A stretch of 53,457 nt of DNA, from NCBI RefSeq assembly GCF_004010195.1, contig NC_057757.1:8877014-8930470 (forward strand), in the 5' to 3' direction. The stretch is from Chiloscyllium plagiosum (taxonomy: Eukaryota). The notes beneath the pieces were generated by a model that ran no database searches, was not told the origin of the DNA, and saw only the letters and a list, made by a program, of their open reading frames with translations. This document shows positions 12,165 through 25,310 of the stretch, in pieces (within the stretch, counting starts at the first letter, position 1; every line of letters begins with the position of its first letter). The translations under genes and the position numbers were made by a program.

Positions 12165-12932
12165 ATATGACATCCCTAAATGTGAGAATTGGTGTACCGT
12201 TCCACTTGAACAAGATCACCTCTAAATGGCAGAATAAGGCCAGGGCATCAGTAAATAGGAAAACTGCTGCATGTTGTCAGTAAATGGGAAATTTGGTGCA
12301 GAGCTTTAAAATTTTACAGAATTGTTCAGTAGCACTAAATGAAAGAATAGGTACATCAGTAAATTGGAGAATTGGTGCCGTGCACACCAAAATTTAAGAA
12401 TTCTGCAGCGGATGAGTCGTTTCAGGATACTACCAAATAGAAGAATTGGTCAAGGGTTTATCTAAATGGGAAAATTTGGGGCAGGGCACCAGATAATGGA
12501 AGAATTGGTGCAGTGTGGCAGTAAATGGGAGAATTGGCCGAGGGCACCTGTACTATGAGAATTGGCATAGGGCAACACCGAGTGGAGAAATTGTCCCCGA
12601 CATCAATAAATGGGAGAATTGGTACATGGTGGAACTAAGTTACAGAATTGGGCCATGGCACCATCAAATGCAGAGAAAAACTGAATTGTAAATTTGGGCA
12701 TCAGTAAATGGGAGAATTGTTGCAAAGAAGCATTAAACAGGAGAATTGGTGCAGGCATCTGGAAATGTTGCAGAAGAATTGGTGGTGGTGCCAGTAAATT
12801 AAAGAACTGGTTTTAAGTGGTGCAAGGAGTTTATAATTTAGAGCAATGGAACAGAACTAAATGGGTCAGGTGGGAAAGGGCAACAATAAAAAGGAAAATT
12901 ACTGCAAAGCATCAGTAAATGAAAGATTGTCA
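12165..12932 (+). repeat. Degenerate ~29-bp satellite (taaatgggagaattggtgcagggcaccag)
   Basis: gaattgg recurs at 12502, 12531, 12559 and throughout the block. Confidence 0.88.
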
Positions 12933-12934
12933 CA

Positions 12935-13560
12935 GGGCCCTCTCTCAATTGTGATCCTTTGACAGTGCTGCACACCCTCAGAACTGACCCCTGCATAATG
13001 GGGCACTGCCTCAGTAGTGACACTCTGCCAATGAGACTGTCCTTCAGGACTGACCCTCCAGCATGGAAGCGCAGCCTCCGAACGTACCCACTGACAGTAA
13101 TGCACTTCACAGTTCTGACCCTCTGACAACGAGGCACTCACTCAATACTGGCCATCTAATAACGCTGCAAGACTTCAGGACAATCCTCTAGTTGTGTGCC
13201 ATGCCATCAATTCTGACCACTTTGCAACAAGGCAGTGGCTCAGTATTGACTGTCTGGCAAAGGGGCACTGCCTTAGAACTGACCTACCGATAATAAGACA
13301 ATCCCTCAATTCTGACCCCATTACAGCAAGACAGCGGCTCAGTATTGACCCTCTGTTAGTAATGCAATCCCTCAATTCTGACACTCTGTCTAAACTTGCA
13401 GCAGTCACACAACTCTGACCCCTTATTGCCCCAGAATGGACGATCTGACAATTAGGCACTACCTTAGGACTGAACTTTTGAACGGGTAACACCCCTTAAT
13501 AGTAAGGCACTGTGTCATCATTGACGCATCTATAACACATTTACAAAGATAGAACCATCT
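12935..13560 (-). repeat. 33-bp satellite, reverse orientation
   Basis: cctcagtactgaccctctgacagtg-like units at about 33-bp spacing. Confidence 0.88.
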
Positions 13561-13624
13561 AAAGGAACTGCAACACCTCACTCCTCGCCTTCTAATCGCA
13601 TCGCTCTCCCTCAGTTCTGTCTTC

Positions 13625-14535
13625 TTTCAGCTAGCCAATTTCTGATCCAAACCGTTAAATCGCCCTTAATCCTTCGTATTTTCAGCTTTTGCCTACCATG
13701 GGGACCTTATCAAACGCCTTACTGAAATCCACATACACCACATTAAACGCTTTACCCTCATTCCCTTGTTTGGTCATCAACTCAAAGATCTCTGGAGAAA
13801 GTGAGAACTGCAGATGCTGGAGATCAAAGTCGAGAGTGTGGTCCTGGCAAAGCAAAGCAAATCAAGCAGTATCCAAGGAACATCTGGAAGACTTATGCAC
13901 GAAACATTGATTGTCCTGCTCCTCGGGTGCTGCCTGACCTGCCATGCTTTTCCCTCACCACACTCCTGAACCTCAAATAACTCAATAAGGTTTGTGAGGC
14001 ATGACCTACCCTTCACAAAACCATGTTGACTATCCCAAATCAACTGATTCCTCGCTAGATGATTATGAATCCTATCTCTTATAACCTTTTCCAATATTTC
14101 CCCCATAGAGGTGGCACGGTGCCTCAGTGGTTAGCACTGCTGCCTCACAGCACCAGGATCCCAGGTTTGATTCCAGCCTCGGGGTGACTGTCTGTGTGGA
14201 GTTTGCACATTCTCCCCGTGTCTGCATTGGTCTCCTCCGGGTGCTCCGGTTTCCTCTCACAGTCCAAAGATGTGCAGGTCAGGTGAATTCGCCACGCTAA
14301 ATTGCCCGTAGTGTTAGGTGCATCAATCAGAGGGAACGGGGCTGGGTGGATTACTCTTCGGAGAGTCGGTGTGGACTAGTTGGGCTGAAGAACCTGTTTC
14401 CGCACTGTAGGGAATCTAATCTAAACCAAAGTAAGGCTCACTCATCTATAATTACCAGGGTTGTCTCTACCCCGCTTCTTGAACAAGGTGACATCATTTG
14501 CTATCGTCAAATCTTCTGCAGCATTCCTGTAGACA
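13625..14535 (-). mobile_element. CR1 RT fragment with nested Penelope terminus (about 13795-13965) and HE1 SINE
   Basis: EKVIRDRIHNHL...DSQHGFVKGRSCLTNLIELFE. Confidence 0.8.
14108..14424 (+). mobile_element. HE1-type SINE
   Basis: A-box TGCCTCAGTGG, B-box GGTTTGATTCC, tail ggaatctaatctaa. Confidence 0.9.
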
Positions 14536-14759
14536 ATTCAGGATATCCAGAACAATTCGGGACTGAATAAGGAAGAAGAATCGGAATTTCAGAAATTCCA
14601 AAGGGAGCAATTCAGCTGTGGCTCCAGAGGAACATCAAAAGCACAAGCACGAATTACGAAACAGGGAACATGACATAAGGACTCGTGTACAGGATTAAGG
14701 AGAATTATAAGATATTTTATCTTGCCATACACGAGAAGCGGTTAACCAGGGAAAGAGGG

Positions 14760-15732
14760 TAAGAAAATGAGGACTGCAGATGCTAGAGATTCAGAGTTGA
14801 AAAGTGTGGCGCTGGAAGCACAAGAGATTAGGGAGCATCTGAGGAGCAGGAGAGTCAACATTTCAGGTATAAGCTCTTCATCAGGAATGTGGAGGGGAAG
14901 GGGAATGCGAGAAAAGTAGGGATGCTGCAGGGAGTAGGGGTGAGTTGGCTAGGATGGCAACAAGCGGAAGCAGGTGGGTGGTAATTGTGCTAGGTCAAAG
15001 GGGAGGAAGGATCAGATAGGTAGGAAAAATGATGGAAATTTAGGACAATTCAAGAGGGTGGTGCTGAGTTGGAGGGGATCTGGGATGACGTGGGGTAGGG
15101 GAGAATTGGAACTAGTGAAGTCGATATTGATGCCGTGTGGTTGTAGGGTCCTGAGGCAGAAGCTGAGGCATTCTTCCACCACTTGGCATTTGGATTCGAT
15201 TTGGCGCTGAAGGAGACTAAGGACATGTATGCTCTTGGGGGAATGTGAGGGAGAGTTGAACTGCTTGACCACAGGATGGTGGGATTGTTTGGTGTGTGTG
15301 TCCCAGAGACGTTTCCTGAAATAGTTCATGCATTGGCATCCTGTCTCCCCAATGTAGGGGAGACCACATCGGGAGCAACAGATACAGTAGATGAGGTGAG
15401 TGGATATGCTGGAAAATTTATGTCGGATGTTTTGGGGCCTTGTACAGAGGTGAGGGGAGAGGTGTGGGCACAGGATTTAAATCTCTTACTGCAGAAAGGA
15501 AATGTCCTTGGTGTAGAGGAAGGGGAGAGGTTGAGAGGAGTTGTAGTCCAGATAGTCATGAGAGACAGTGGGTTTCAAATAAATGTCCATGTTGAGTCGG
15601 TTGCTGGATATGGAGATGGTGAAGTTCAGGAAGGGGAGGGAGATATGGTCCAGGTGAAATTGACTTCAGGGTGGAAGGTGTTAGTGAAGTTGATGAACTA
15701 TTTAACTTGCTCATGGGAGCATGAGGTGGCAC
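14760..15732 (-). mobile_element. Penelope-like element (RT thumb/GIY-YIG remnant plus terminal repeat)
   Basis: HPVVKQFNSPSHSPK...LRTLQPHGINIDF; degenerate hammerhead box near 14855-14885; flanked by agggaaag(a)gggt on both sides. Confidence 0.8.
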
Positions 15733-17490
15733 GAGGGAAAGGGTGAAGCCCATTAGTTTCAAAGTGGGTAACTTGCATTTGAGACCACAGGATATTGGCA
15801 CTGTGCTAAATGAATATTTCTCTTCAGACTTCAATTTAGAAAGAAGAACATTGGTATGGAATTCAGGAAAAGGGACAGTGAGGCACTAGCACTGTTTGCC
15901 AAAGGAAATGGGGAGGTATTGGAAGCTCTGTCAGGTTAAAAATGGACAAGTCTGCCGGACTGGGTGGATTGTGTCCCAGGCTGCTGTGGGAGGTGAGGAA
16001 GGAAATTACAGGGGCTCTGATACACAGCTTTAAGATCTCCCTAGCCATGGGTTTAGTGCCAGAGGACTAGAGGATGATCAATGTGGTTCCACTTTTTAAG
16101 AATTGTCGTAGAGATGAACAAATAAATTACAGACTGGTGAGTCTCACGTCAATAATCGGGAAACTGTTGGTGAAAATTCGAAAGGAGAGAATTAATGTCC
16201 AAGTGGAAAGGCTTGCTTCAATTAGAACGCAGAACACAGAACATTACAGCAGAGTACAGGCCTTTTGTCCCTTGATGTTGTGCCGGCCTTTCATCATTCT
16301 CTAAGATCAGACTAGCCTACAAACCCTTCATTGTACTAATCAAAGACAGTCAACATGGCTACCAAATCTAGCAGAATGTTTTGAAAATGTCATCAAGTGT
16401 GTAGATGAGGGAAGTTCAGTTGATGTAGATTATGGTATCGATTTCAGCAAACCTTTTGACAATGTTCTGCAAGGGAAACTGATTGAAAAGGTTAAAGAAT
16501 ATGGAATAGAGGGAATCTTGGAGAGATGGCTCAGAAACTGGCTGAGCAATGGGCCGCAAATGGTCCTGGTAGAAGGCTGTTTGAGTGACTGCACCGGTGT
16601 CCAGCGGTGTTCCACAAGTTTCAGTACTGGGATCCTTATTGTTTGTTATATATGGAAATGGCATAGAATGAAATGTGGGGGAGTTTTTGAGCAAATGTGC
16701 AGACATCACCAAAATTAGTAGTGTGGTTAATAATGAAGAAGATGGTTGTGTGTTACAGGAAGATGTTGATGCATTGGTCAGGTGGGCAAACTAGTGGCAG
16801 ATTAAAGTTAGAACAAAAACCTTGAACATTACAGCTTCGGACCTCCCAGCCTGTGCCAACACATTTTGTAATGCAATACTAAAAGTGCCTTCATCTACAG
16901 GATGTATATCCTTCTATGCTCTTTCCATTGATGCATTCATCCATGTATTTCAGGTACTGGCACCTTCAGTGATCTGAGAACCTGCACACCCAGATCCGCC
17001 TGCAGATCAAATTAAATCCTGATTGTGGGGGGGGGTGATGCACTTGGAAGAATAAACAAGATGAGCGAGTATTTCATAAATGGTAGGATGCTGGGTAGCT
17101 TAGATGAATACAGGGATATAGGGGTAATTATTCACAGATCACTATTGCCAGCAGAACACATGAATAAAAAAGTTAAAAAGGAATGTGTGATACTTATTTT
17201 CATCAATAATGGCACAGAGTAGAAGAGCAAGGAGGTAATGTTGGAGCTGTACAGAGCTTTGGCTAGGACACAGTAGGAAGATTGTGTGCAGTTCTGGTCA
17301 CCCCACTACAGGGAGGATGTGATAGCACTCGAGGGGGTACAGAGGAGGCTTGGCAGAATATTACTGGAACAGAGAAATACAAATAGTGGCTAGATAGACT
17401 TGGCCTGTTTTCTTTAGAGCAGAGAAGACTGGGGTTGGGGGGGCGTTGATGAAATGAGATATATAAGATTATGAGAGGGATGCACAGGTT
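15733..17490 (+). mobile_element. Old CR1 ORF2, co-duplicated part of unit 1 (also 14540-14760)
   Basis: NVVPLFK...NYRLVSLTSIIGK; paralogous to 31140-32465 and to 46795-48017 plus 50491-51170. Confidence 0.82.
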
Positions 17491-19750
17491 GAGTTACCAT
17501 TTACACATCGTTGATTCAAAAAGGTTGTAGATAAAGCTGCTGAAGTACTTGCATCATTATCAAGGGAGGTAATTGAGGTGTATAATGAGGTGAACCCTGC
17601 CATCTTAAGTGCATATGAGCAAGGACCAAAAGCCTACACACAATGTTTCAGAAATCTAAGGAGGGAATTAGGTTAAATGTACATAGAGTTTCAAAGGATC
17701 AAACACACTAATTATAAGTGAAGGGCATTGAAAATAGATCAAACTTATGCCCCCCTTAGAGAGATGCTTATTTTGAACCAGTTCAAATGTTCACTTCCTG
17801 AAGTAGTGAGAGCTTATGTGGGAGAGCCAAGAGTTAAGACTGCAAGATTAGCAGCTGAAATAGCAGGTGATGATGAATTTGTTCATAAATCAAAGTTCGG
17901 CAGTGGACGTCAAGTTTGAATCTGTGAAGGAGAAAAATTGGGAAAAGTGAAATCCTCAGGTTGTAAGGAAAAAGGAGATCTCATTTATGATCACAATGAC
18001 AGTCTACCATGGGGTAAAAATGAAACCCATGAGGGATAAGATAAATAAAATGGCTTAGGTGTTTTCACTGTAATGAAGTTTGCCACATGAAGTCACAGTG
18101 TTTGTGCTTCAGAAAAAGCACTGCGAGGATAGATGTGAGTGAACAGGATCAGCGAGTGAGTTTTGTTCGAGTGGTAAAGGAAAACACAGTGGAACCTAAA
18201 AAGCTGCAAAAGGATATACAACCAAATCAGCAGCTGTTTGAGAAGGAAGTGCCAGATTTCTTTAAAGAATCTAATTGCTTGAGTAAGATTTAATCACGTA
18301 TATCAGGAGGAGTAGGTAAAGGAATTATGAATTTAAGAAATAGGCAGGGGCAATTCATTTGACGAGAGAAATACAATTCATGAGGATTATTACCAGAAAC
18401 AATGATGTAATATGGGTAGTTCATGTTGAGAACAGCATTATTGCATTTGATACGATACGACGGTGAACCCCTCCTTTAATTATGGCAAACACCAAGAGAA
18501 GCTCACCTCACCATTCTCAGCTAGCTTACCCCAGCCCCACTTTCCTCCCATTTATCTTTCAGACCCCAGGCCCACAAGCCTCATTCCTGATGAAGGGCGT
18601 ATGCCCAAAACGTTGACTCTCCTGCTCCTCGGATGCTGCCAGACCTGATGTGCTTTTCCAGCACCACTCTCTGGACTGTCATCTCCAGCACCTGCAGTCC
18701 TCACTTTCTCCTCCCCTCATAATTTGTTAAAATATGTGTGACAGAGGGCTTACATATTCTACCGTTTAATGAATATAATACCAATTTATTTTTAAACTGT
18801 AAAAGTGAACATTAAGCAACGACTATTCACAACTCTAAGCCCATATGTTCTCTAAACTGCTTATTACCTGCCTTCAACTCTACAACTATAAGCTGCTTCA
18901 AAAAGACACTTACTGAAATTACATCAACTGAATTTCAAAACCACACAGCCGCTGTTGTCTTCTGAGATGTAACTCCTCTGTCTGCTGAATTCTCTGGTCC
19001 AGCTTCTTTCTTTTTAGTGCTAGTATGTTTCATATGGAAAGGTACCTTTGAAAGAAAGTGTTTCCTAATTTATGGGTCACTTTCAATGGCAGTTGCTCGC
19101 ACTCTAATTTTCAAAATGTCTGTATTTTTACATTTTTAACATCAGATCATCTCATTGGTTCGATGTTGGCAAAAAAAGGACAAACGCATGTGACTTTTAA
19201 TACCCTGGGGCATAATTTAAACGGATTGGTTAAATTCGAATTGTTGTCAAAACAGCAACCAAAACTCAGGTATCCATTTCACAGCCAAAAGTGACATATT
19301 TTCAAATTTCCTGTAAAATCTGGGATTGACGTTGGACATTTCTATGGGTACTTGTGATCTCTCATTTAAGCTTAGCATTCACTCTCTCTTAAAGATTCAG
19401 TACACGCCTTCAACTTCATAAGACATTATATGAAGTGAGGTTGGGGAATCCGGTGAAAATTTGTGTAGTGGTGGTAGGGACAATATAAAAATTCTCGTTT
19501 TCAGAAGTCGAGTTTAACCTTCATACTGACATAGCAGCATCACAGGGAGGAGTGATGCCTAATGGTTGAAAGGCCAGTGTAAAATCAGGCAACTGAGGTG
19601 TTATAGGAAATATATCATGGGATTTTTCCTGACTGTGTGGCAAACAGGTCACAAAGCCTTGGGGAAAACAGGAGGATGATCATTGCAACCAGCTGAGGGA
19701 TGGGAAAGTGAGATTGTATCCCTGCGATTGAGGTTGTTGCATCACCCAGC
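17490..19750 (+). mobile_element. Gypsy/Gmr1-like gag-protease fossil (unit 1), interrupted by a solo LTR
   Basis: LKIDQTY.LREMLIL.QFK.SLPEVVR..V.E.RVKTARLAAE and a zinc knuckle CFHCNEVCHMKSQC at about 18060. Confidence 0.8.
18448..19423 (-). mobile_element. Solo LTR with 4-bp TSD CATT, holding a Penelope terminus (about 18515-18712)
   Basis: CATT at 18444-18447 and 19424-19427; the paralogous empty site at about 34588 reads ccattatataaagtgagg. Confidence 0.75.
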
Positions 19751-20021
19751 AGGAGGTTTAAAGATTAAATTGTATGCATGCTGTGTGCGTGCGCAAATGT
19801 GTGCAAGAGAGAGAATGTATGCAATTGTGTTTGTGTGCGAGCGCATGTTTTTGTATGTGTTAGATAGGGATTAATAAAGCACCCAGCATAGGGAGACGAA
19901 TATGAGATTATTTAAATGTGATGTAGATTATTAAAGGACACAATAGACAAAGGTAAAAGTCATTTTATATGTGTTATACAGATTTTAACAGAACCCAATA
20001 GAGCACAATGATGCTGAGTTA

Positions 20022-20060
20022 TGTCTGCGTCTGTGTGTCTGTGTGTGTGTGCATGTGCAT
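20022..20060. repeat. (TG)n-like microsatellite
   Basis: tgtctgcgtctgtgtgtctgtgtgtgtgtgcatgtgca. Confidence 0.8.
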
Positions 20061-20289
20061 TGTCTAGCAGTCTCTGTTTGGAATTTGCAAATCAGAACGC
20101 ATTGCAGGACAATGCAAATGAGCAGATTGTAAGGGTTGTGTCTTTAAAATTGTACCCCTGAATGAGATTGTGTCCATAGATACGAGTTTTTGTAAGTCAG
20201 ACATATATAAATCTGAACCACATGTGCCACACAGTCTCTTTGTAGCACCAGCTGGAAGATTATTGGAATAAATCTTGGTCCATGAAATG

Positions 20290-20295
20290 TTTATT
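20290..20295 (-). terminator. Candidate polyadenylation signal of GPCR copy 1
   Basis: AATAAA 5 nt after the stop codon; also present in copy 3 (49895-49900), lost in copy 2. Confidence 0.4.
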
Positions 20296-20300
20296 ATATG

Positions 20301-21211
20301 TTAACATTTTAAAATCTTCACAACAAAATTGATGGAAAATTTTATGCCATTCTTAAACTCATCTCTGAACTTACTCTGGGTCCCTGCATAAATAAATGGA
20401 TTTATACAGGAACTTAAGATTTGGAGCATATACCCGCTTTCTTCCAGATTGATATTGGACTCTTTGTAATTGGAACCCGAGAAATAACTCATTTTTGCAA
20501 TTCGGACGAGGAGAAATGTTAACACATACAGCAGCCATAACAGGATGAAACTGCCTGAGATACAGAACAGCAGGATGATGGACTTCCTCCGATTCGTCAC
20601 CTCTGTGTCATTCTGATTTTCTGCCTGTTTGCCGACTCGGAGTCTTTTGCGAGTTCGAATGGCCTTTAGAATTTGTCTGACAGTCACAGCATTGAGCAGT
20701 AAAATCAAAACAAATGGTAGACAAGGCATTGAAGTGCGATCAATCCAATGAAATGCAATCCATGCAGGTGAGGTATAAATTATAGACTTAATTTTGCAAT
20801 ACCATGTTACATTACCAATTATATATAATGGTTCATGAATGAAGTACCAGAATGTATTTTTGATACAGCTCATCCCACAAATTACCCCAATAACCAGAGC
20901 TGCTATTTTCTCTGTGCAGTATCTCATCTTCAATTTCGGGCAAGAAATGGCTACAAAACGGTCAACAGTAAAGACAACAGTTGCCCAGACAGCACAATCC
21001 CTGCTTGCAGCCAGTAGAACAAATCTGATAGTACAGACTGGGGTAACATGCAGGATGCTGGAAGGGAAGTAAATTCCAACAATACGGTTCAATATTACAG
21101 CTGTAACAATGACCATCAGGTCTGTCACTGCCATGAATATGAGGTAGAAGGTGATGCATCGGGATAGACCACACCGTCCTCTGGATAGGATCACAATTAC
21201 TGCCAAGTTAG
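20301..21211 (-). CDS. GPR139/GPR142-like class A GPCR, copy 1, exon 2; spliced product 326 aa
   Basis: Acceptor cctctttttcatattgcag|CTAAC; 911 nt open to TAA at 20301. Hydrophobic helices with MAVTDL (TM2), Cys at the top of TM3, DRF, ECL2 WYC, CLPF..LN (TM5), NPFIY (TM7) and a helix-8 FR. 70+911=981 nt is in frame. Confidence 0.93.
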
Positions 21212-21821
21212 CTGCAATATGAAAAAGAGGCACAATCCAAAGAATGAATGAAATGAAACAATGAGAGGAAACGATGGGGCAGTACAATAAGAATTAACTC
21301 CCCTCATAACATTTTATTTTCAAAATTACATGTCAACTTTTCACATCTGGCACTTGATATTGAAACCAATTCCCTATTCTGTTAACAGTACGTTTTTTTG
21401 TTTATAACATCACTCAGCCAGACACAGGATAGTGTTAGATATCAAAATGTAGAATAATATAACATTATTCATATTACATGTGAAGATTAAGGAAAAGAAT
21501 GCAAAGGCATTGCAGGATTTAGGGAAGAAAATAACATTTTTAAAAGAACACCAAATTAGAAGCTAAAATGTAGTTAGCACATTTAAAATCGATTATGGCA
21601 TATTCACTCACACTTCTTAATTGGTGAAATTAATCAGTCCTTTGTAGAAAGGTCTATATCATAATATGGATGTGATTATTGTTTTCGAAATTTACATCTG
21701 CAATGTTGCTGAATACTGAGGAGCGATTTTCAGCAGTTCTCCTGATTCCCAGCTGTCAGATTCAGTTACATACATTAACAAACCATATGTAGTTTTGCTC
21801 AGATAGGGGTTGGTTACCTCA

Positions 21822-22025
21822 CTTGTTTGGGTGATTGGGCTGCAATGCCATTAATGGTAATTGTGTGGATTCAATTGCTACACTGGCTAAGGTTACCATG
21901 AAGGTCTCTCCTTATCATCCTTTCCCCTTCCCTGAAGCATGGTGACCCTCAGGTTAAGCCATCACCAATCATTTCTCTGTAATGAGAGAGCAACCTCATG
22001 TTCTAATCAGACAATGGCAACTAAG
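21822..22025 (+). mobile_element. Old tRNA-derived SINE in the GPCR intron
   Basis: Degenerate A/B boxes (tggttacctcacttg, ggattcaattgc); absent from the copy 2 intron. Confidence 0.55.
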
Positions 22026-22466
22026 ATGTACCATGTTAGCAGCACTCCCACTGGAGCTGCACAGGAGAATCAGGGTAAGGTATTTCCTTAGTCAATCACA
22101 CATTTTGGATTACAACATTTAAAGATATATACGAAAGATACCACTTACTATAGCAACCTAAGAAAAGATTGAGAGCAGTAACAAATCAGAGCATTGCCTC
22201 AGTATGACCTCAGCAATGTTCACTAAGCAACATCAGTCGCAGGTCATTTTGAAAATCAAGCCGACGCTGAACCAGGAATGGTGTTAGAGATTGTGAATGG
22301 AAACCCAGCATGTCGTGGTATGGACAAAGAAAAATAACCTATGATTCAAGAGGCCAGAAACAGTACATTTTCACCACATGCACACTTTCTTTAACTTGTT
22401 TTGCACAATGATACATGCAACATTTGTTACATTCAGCTGAGAAATTTTAATCCCCTCAATATTTGT

Positions 22467-22812
22467 CAGCAGCACGGTGGAACAGTGGTTCGCACTGTTG
22501 CCTCACAGCGCCAGGGACCAGGATTTAATTCCCGCCTCAATTGACTCTCTCTGTAATGTTTGCACATTCTCCTCGTGTCTGTGTGAGTTTCCTCCAGGTT
22601 CTCAGGTTTCCTCCCACAATCCTTAGATGTACAGTTTAGGTGAATCGGCCGTGCTAAATTGCATATTCAGGGATGTGTCGGTTAGGTGTATTAGTCTGGG
22701 GTACATATACAGTAGTGGGGGAATTGGTCAGGGTGGGTTACTCTTCAGAGGGTCCGTGTGGCCTTGTTGGGCCAAAGGTCCTGTTTCTACACTGTGGGGA
22801 TTCTATGATTGT
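22467..22812 (+). mobile_element. HE1-type SINE in the copy 1 intron
   Basis: gcagcacggtggaacagtggtt head, ggattctatgatt tail; empty site in copy 2 at about 38570. Confidence 0.88.
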
Positions 22813-24240
22813 GACTTCACGTGAGGCCGATGATAGGATCGAGATAATAAGGATTAGAACATTGAGAGTTCAGTTATCTCTTGAATGTAGTAAATGAATA
22901 ATAAATCCAATCAATAAGTTCAAAACCTTTCCAAACCCGTCACAAAAGGCAGGAAGTTTTGATAGGTTCTGAGGACAATTTCATTTCACCCAGAGCATAG
23001 TGAGGTCTGGAATGTTTTGCCTGGGAGAGTAGTCGAGATGGGGAACCTCACGTTATTCACTTTAAGGATGTGGATGAGCCCTTGAGATTAATAACATTCA
23101 AGGTTATGGTTTTAAAGTGGGACGAGTGTAGATTGAGAGTATTTTTTATTGATGTAGACACCGTCCGAAAATACAGTACATGGTTCTTTGTTTCTATGGT
23201 TACACTCCTGCGATCCAGATGATGAAGTTGGATACCAAAAGTTAATTTTGCTTGTGTTTCACCTTACATTTCAGATTCAAACATTACACATGGATACCTC
23301 CACTTTTACCCCATGCTAGTTTCAACGTGTTTCCCTTCATAATCTTTTCAAGTCAACCTGTTGGGATAGGTTATGAGATAACTACAGGGGAGTTAGTTCT
23401 TGAATGTCTGAACCAGAGGTTGCAGCACTGTATAATTTACTCATTTGTTGTAACGATGAGTAAGGCAGGTCAACGTGTAACCTTAGGGCACAAGTGGTCA
23501 ATGATCCTTTGCAGCAATCCCCACATGTGGGAGAATTAGTTTTCAACCAAAATTTGGATCCAAATGACTGGATTCAAAGTCCACAGTGCTCACCATTATA
23601 TGGCAGAACGTATTGCATGCCATTTAGCAAGATCACAAACCAGGGAACTTTGCATGTTAAATGTACTTCATGAATTTCACGAGAGGAACAGAACATACAA
23701 TTACTTTTGCACCATCAATTCATGTAAATTATGACACGCCTCCAGTACCGAAGGAACTCAACCCCAAACTTCATGGCACAGATTTAGAGACCAAACAATG
23801 TTGTAACAAAATCATTTTGGGGTTAGATTTCTGTATATTATGTGTTCAAGAGATCACTCTCTCAAAGCTCTCCGCAGATACATAGTTAACATTATTTTAC
23901 AAAATTATCAAATGCATCTATTTTTCCTATTCATTCATGGAATATAGGCATTAGCTCTGCCCGGGCAGCACTTACTACCTCTCCATGGATGTCTTGATAA
24001 TGATCCTTGAAAATGTCTCTTCTGCATCTCTGATAATCTTCCCCCACCACCCCACTTCTGGTTGGGATGACTTCAGCTGACTGGATGCCAAATGTTGGGA
24101 GTTGTGTCTGATCAGCTTTTTCCCCTAGAATCTGTCTATCTTGAAGATATTTTCTGATAGCACAATTAATAACTTAGCAAGCCTTTTCTTTCCCATCAAT
24201 GTGCTTAGCATTGTATTCGATAACCTGTTGGTCAGATTAC

Positions 24241-24850
24241 TGTTATGGAAGAGACCAGCCCCTTCAAAATATTTTACAAATGTCATCTAGACCCAACCAT
24301 TTTCTTACTTTGAAGGTAGATGTGAAGTGTCGTGTTCCAGTTGCAATGCGACTGATCAAACTACTTGATATTAAGCCAAAGACAATCTAATTAAACACTG
24401 TAGTGAAAATACAAACAAAAGAAAGAAGAATTTAGAATAACTTAACACTATTGGAAACCTTAACTGAATAATAGGTACAGTAGTTATTACTAATGAACTG
24501 TTCCAATTCAATGAACATACCCTATGGCAAAAAAAGGCTATTTCTGGCACAGATCCTTACATGCAGTTCTCAAATCCAGGAGGAAAGAAACACCAAGAGA
24601 AGGTTCAGAGAGAATAGCAGCTAGGTGACACTTACTGAAACTGTGGACTCCAACAGTTTCTGCTGCTGAAAGCTAAGAAAATCTGGAAAGCCTGGTCTTT
24701 CAGAGCCAGCAACACGCATTCAGGCTATTCTGAGGCTTCACAAGTTTATTTAAGCAGTCTTCAATAGGCTGTTCATGACCTCTGCCTTGCAAACACGTTT
24801 CAATAAAAAGGCAAAATAACCTCTTAAACTGACAGCATTGTCTCACTACA
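24241..24850 (-). mobile_element. Solo LTR (Gypsy/Gmr1 type) in the copy 1 intron
   Basis: TG...CA termini with 4-bp TSD TTAC at 24237-24240 and 24851-24854; similar to the LTRs at about 30508-31122 and 51200-51795. Confidence 0.82.
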
Positions 24851-25310
24851 TTACTGGTGACACAAATTCACAACGTTCTCTTATAGCTGCTGGCTATCAT
24901 TCACTCAAACTAGTGGCTCAAAGCTTGGAATAAATCTGCAGTCAGACTATCAAATGATAAAGGAAACATTTGAAGGGAAGGCTTGACGCATTCAGTCAAA
25001 ACATTGCAAACTTAAAAAGATATATGATTCACCAGGAGAAATATTTCATGAGAGAATATTTTAAAGGAAATGCCGTTAAAAGAGGCAAACTATTATGCAT
25101 GAGTCAATAAAATATTCACTTAAAAGAAATAAATGATAGTATAGCCAAAACAATATTGAGGGCGAAAGACAGAACTGTAGCTAAAGAGATACATAAATAC
25201 GTTCAAAGCAAATATCTTTCCAGGAAATAAATTATTATGCTGAACAGAAGGCAGATACGCAAGGCAGACTATTGTACAAAAAATACAAAAGAAAAAATCC
25301 AGTACAGTAC

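Noticed and set aside
10341..13492. ORFs of 60-117 aa in the satellite block
   Set aside because: They are by-products of a 33-nt (11-codon) periodicity, occur on both strands and show no protein motifs.
10520..13560. CRISPR array (33-bp palindromic repeats)
   Set aside because: The units are head-to-tail with no unique spacers, are highly degenerate, have no cas genes nearby, and lie in vertebrate DNA.
21212..21287. ORF-track N-terminus MYCPIVSSHCF... making the GPCR a single-exon gene
   Set aside because: This stretch ends in a pyrimidine tract and AG acceptor, and an upstream exon supplies TM1 in the correct phase in both copies 1 and 2.
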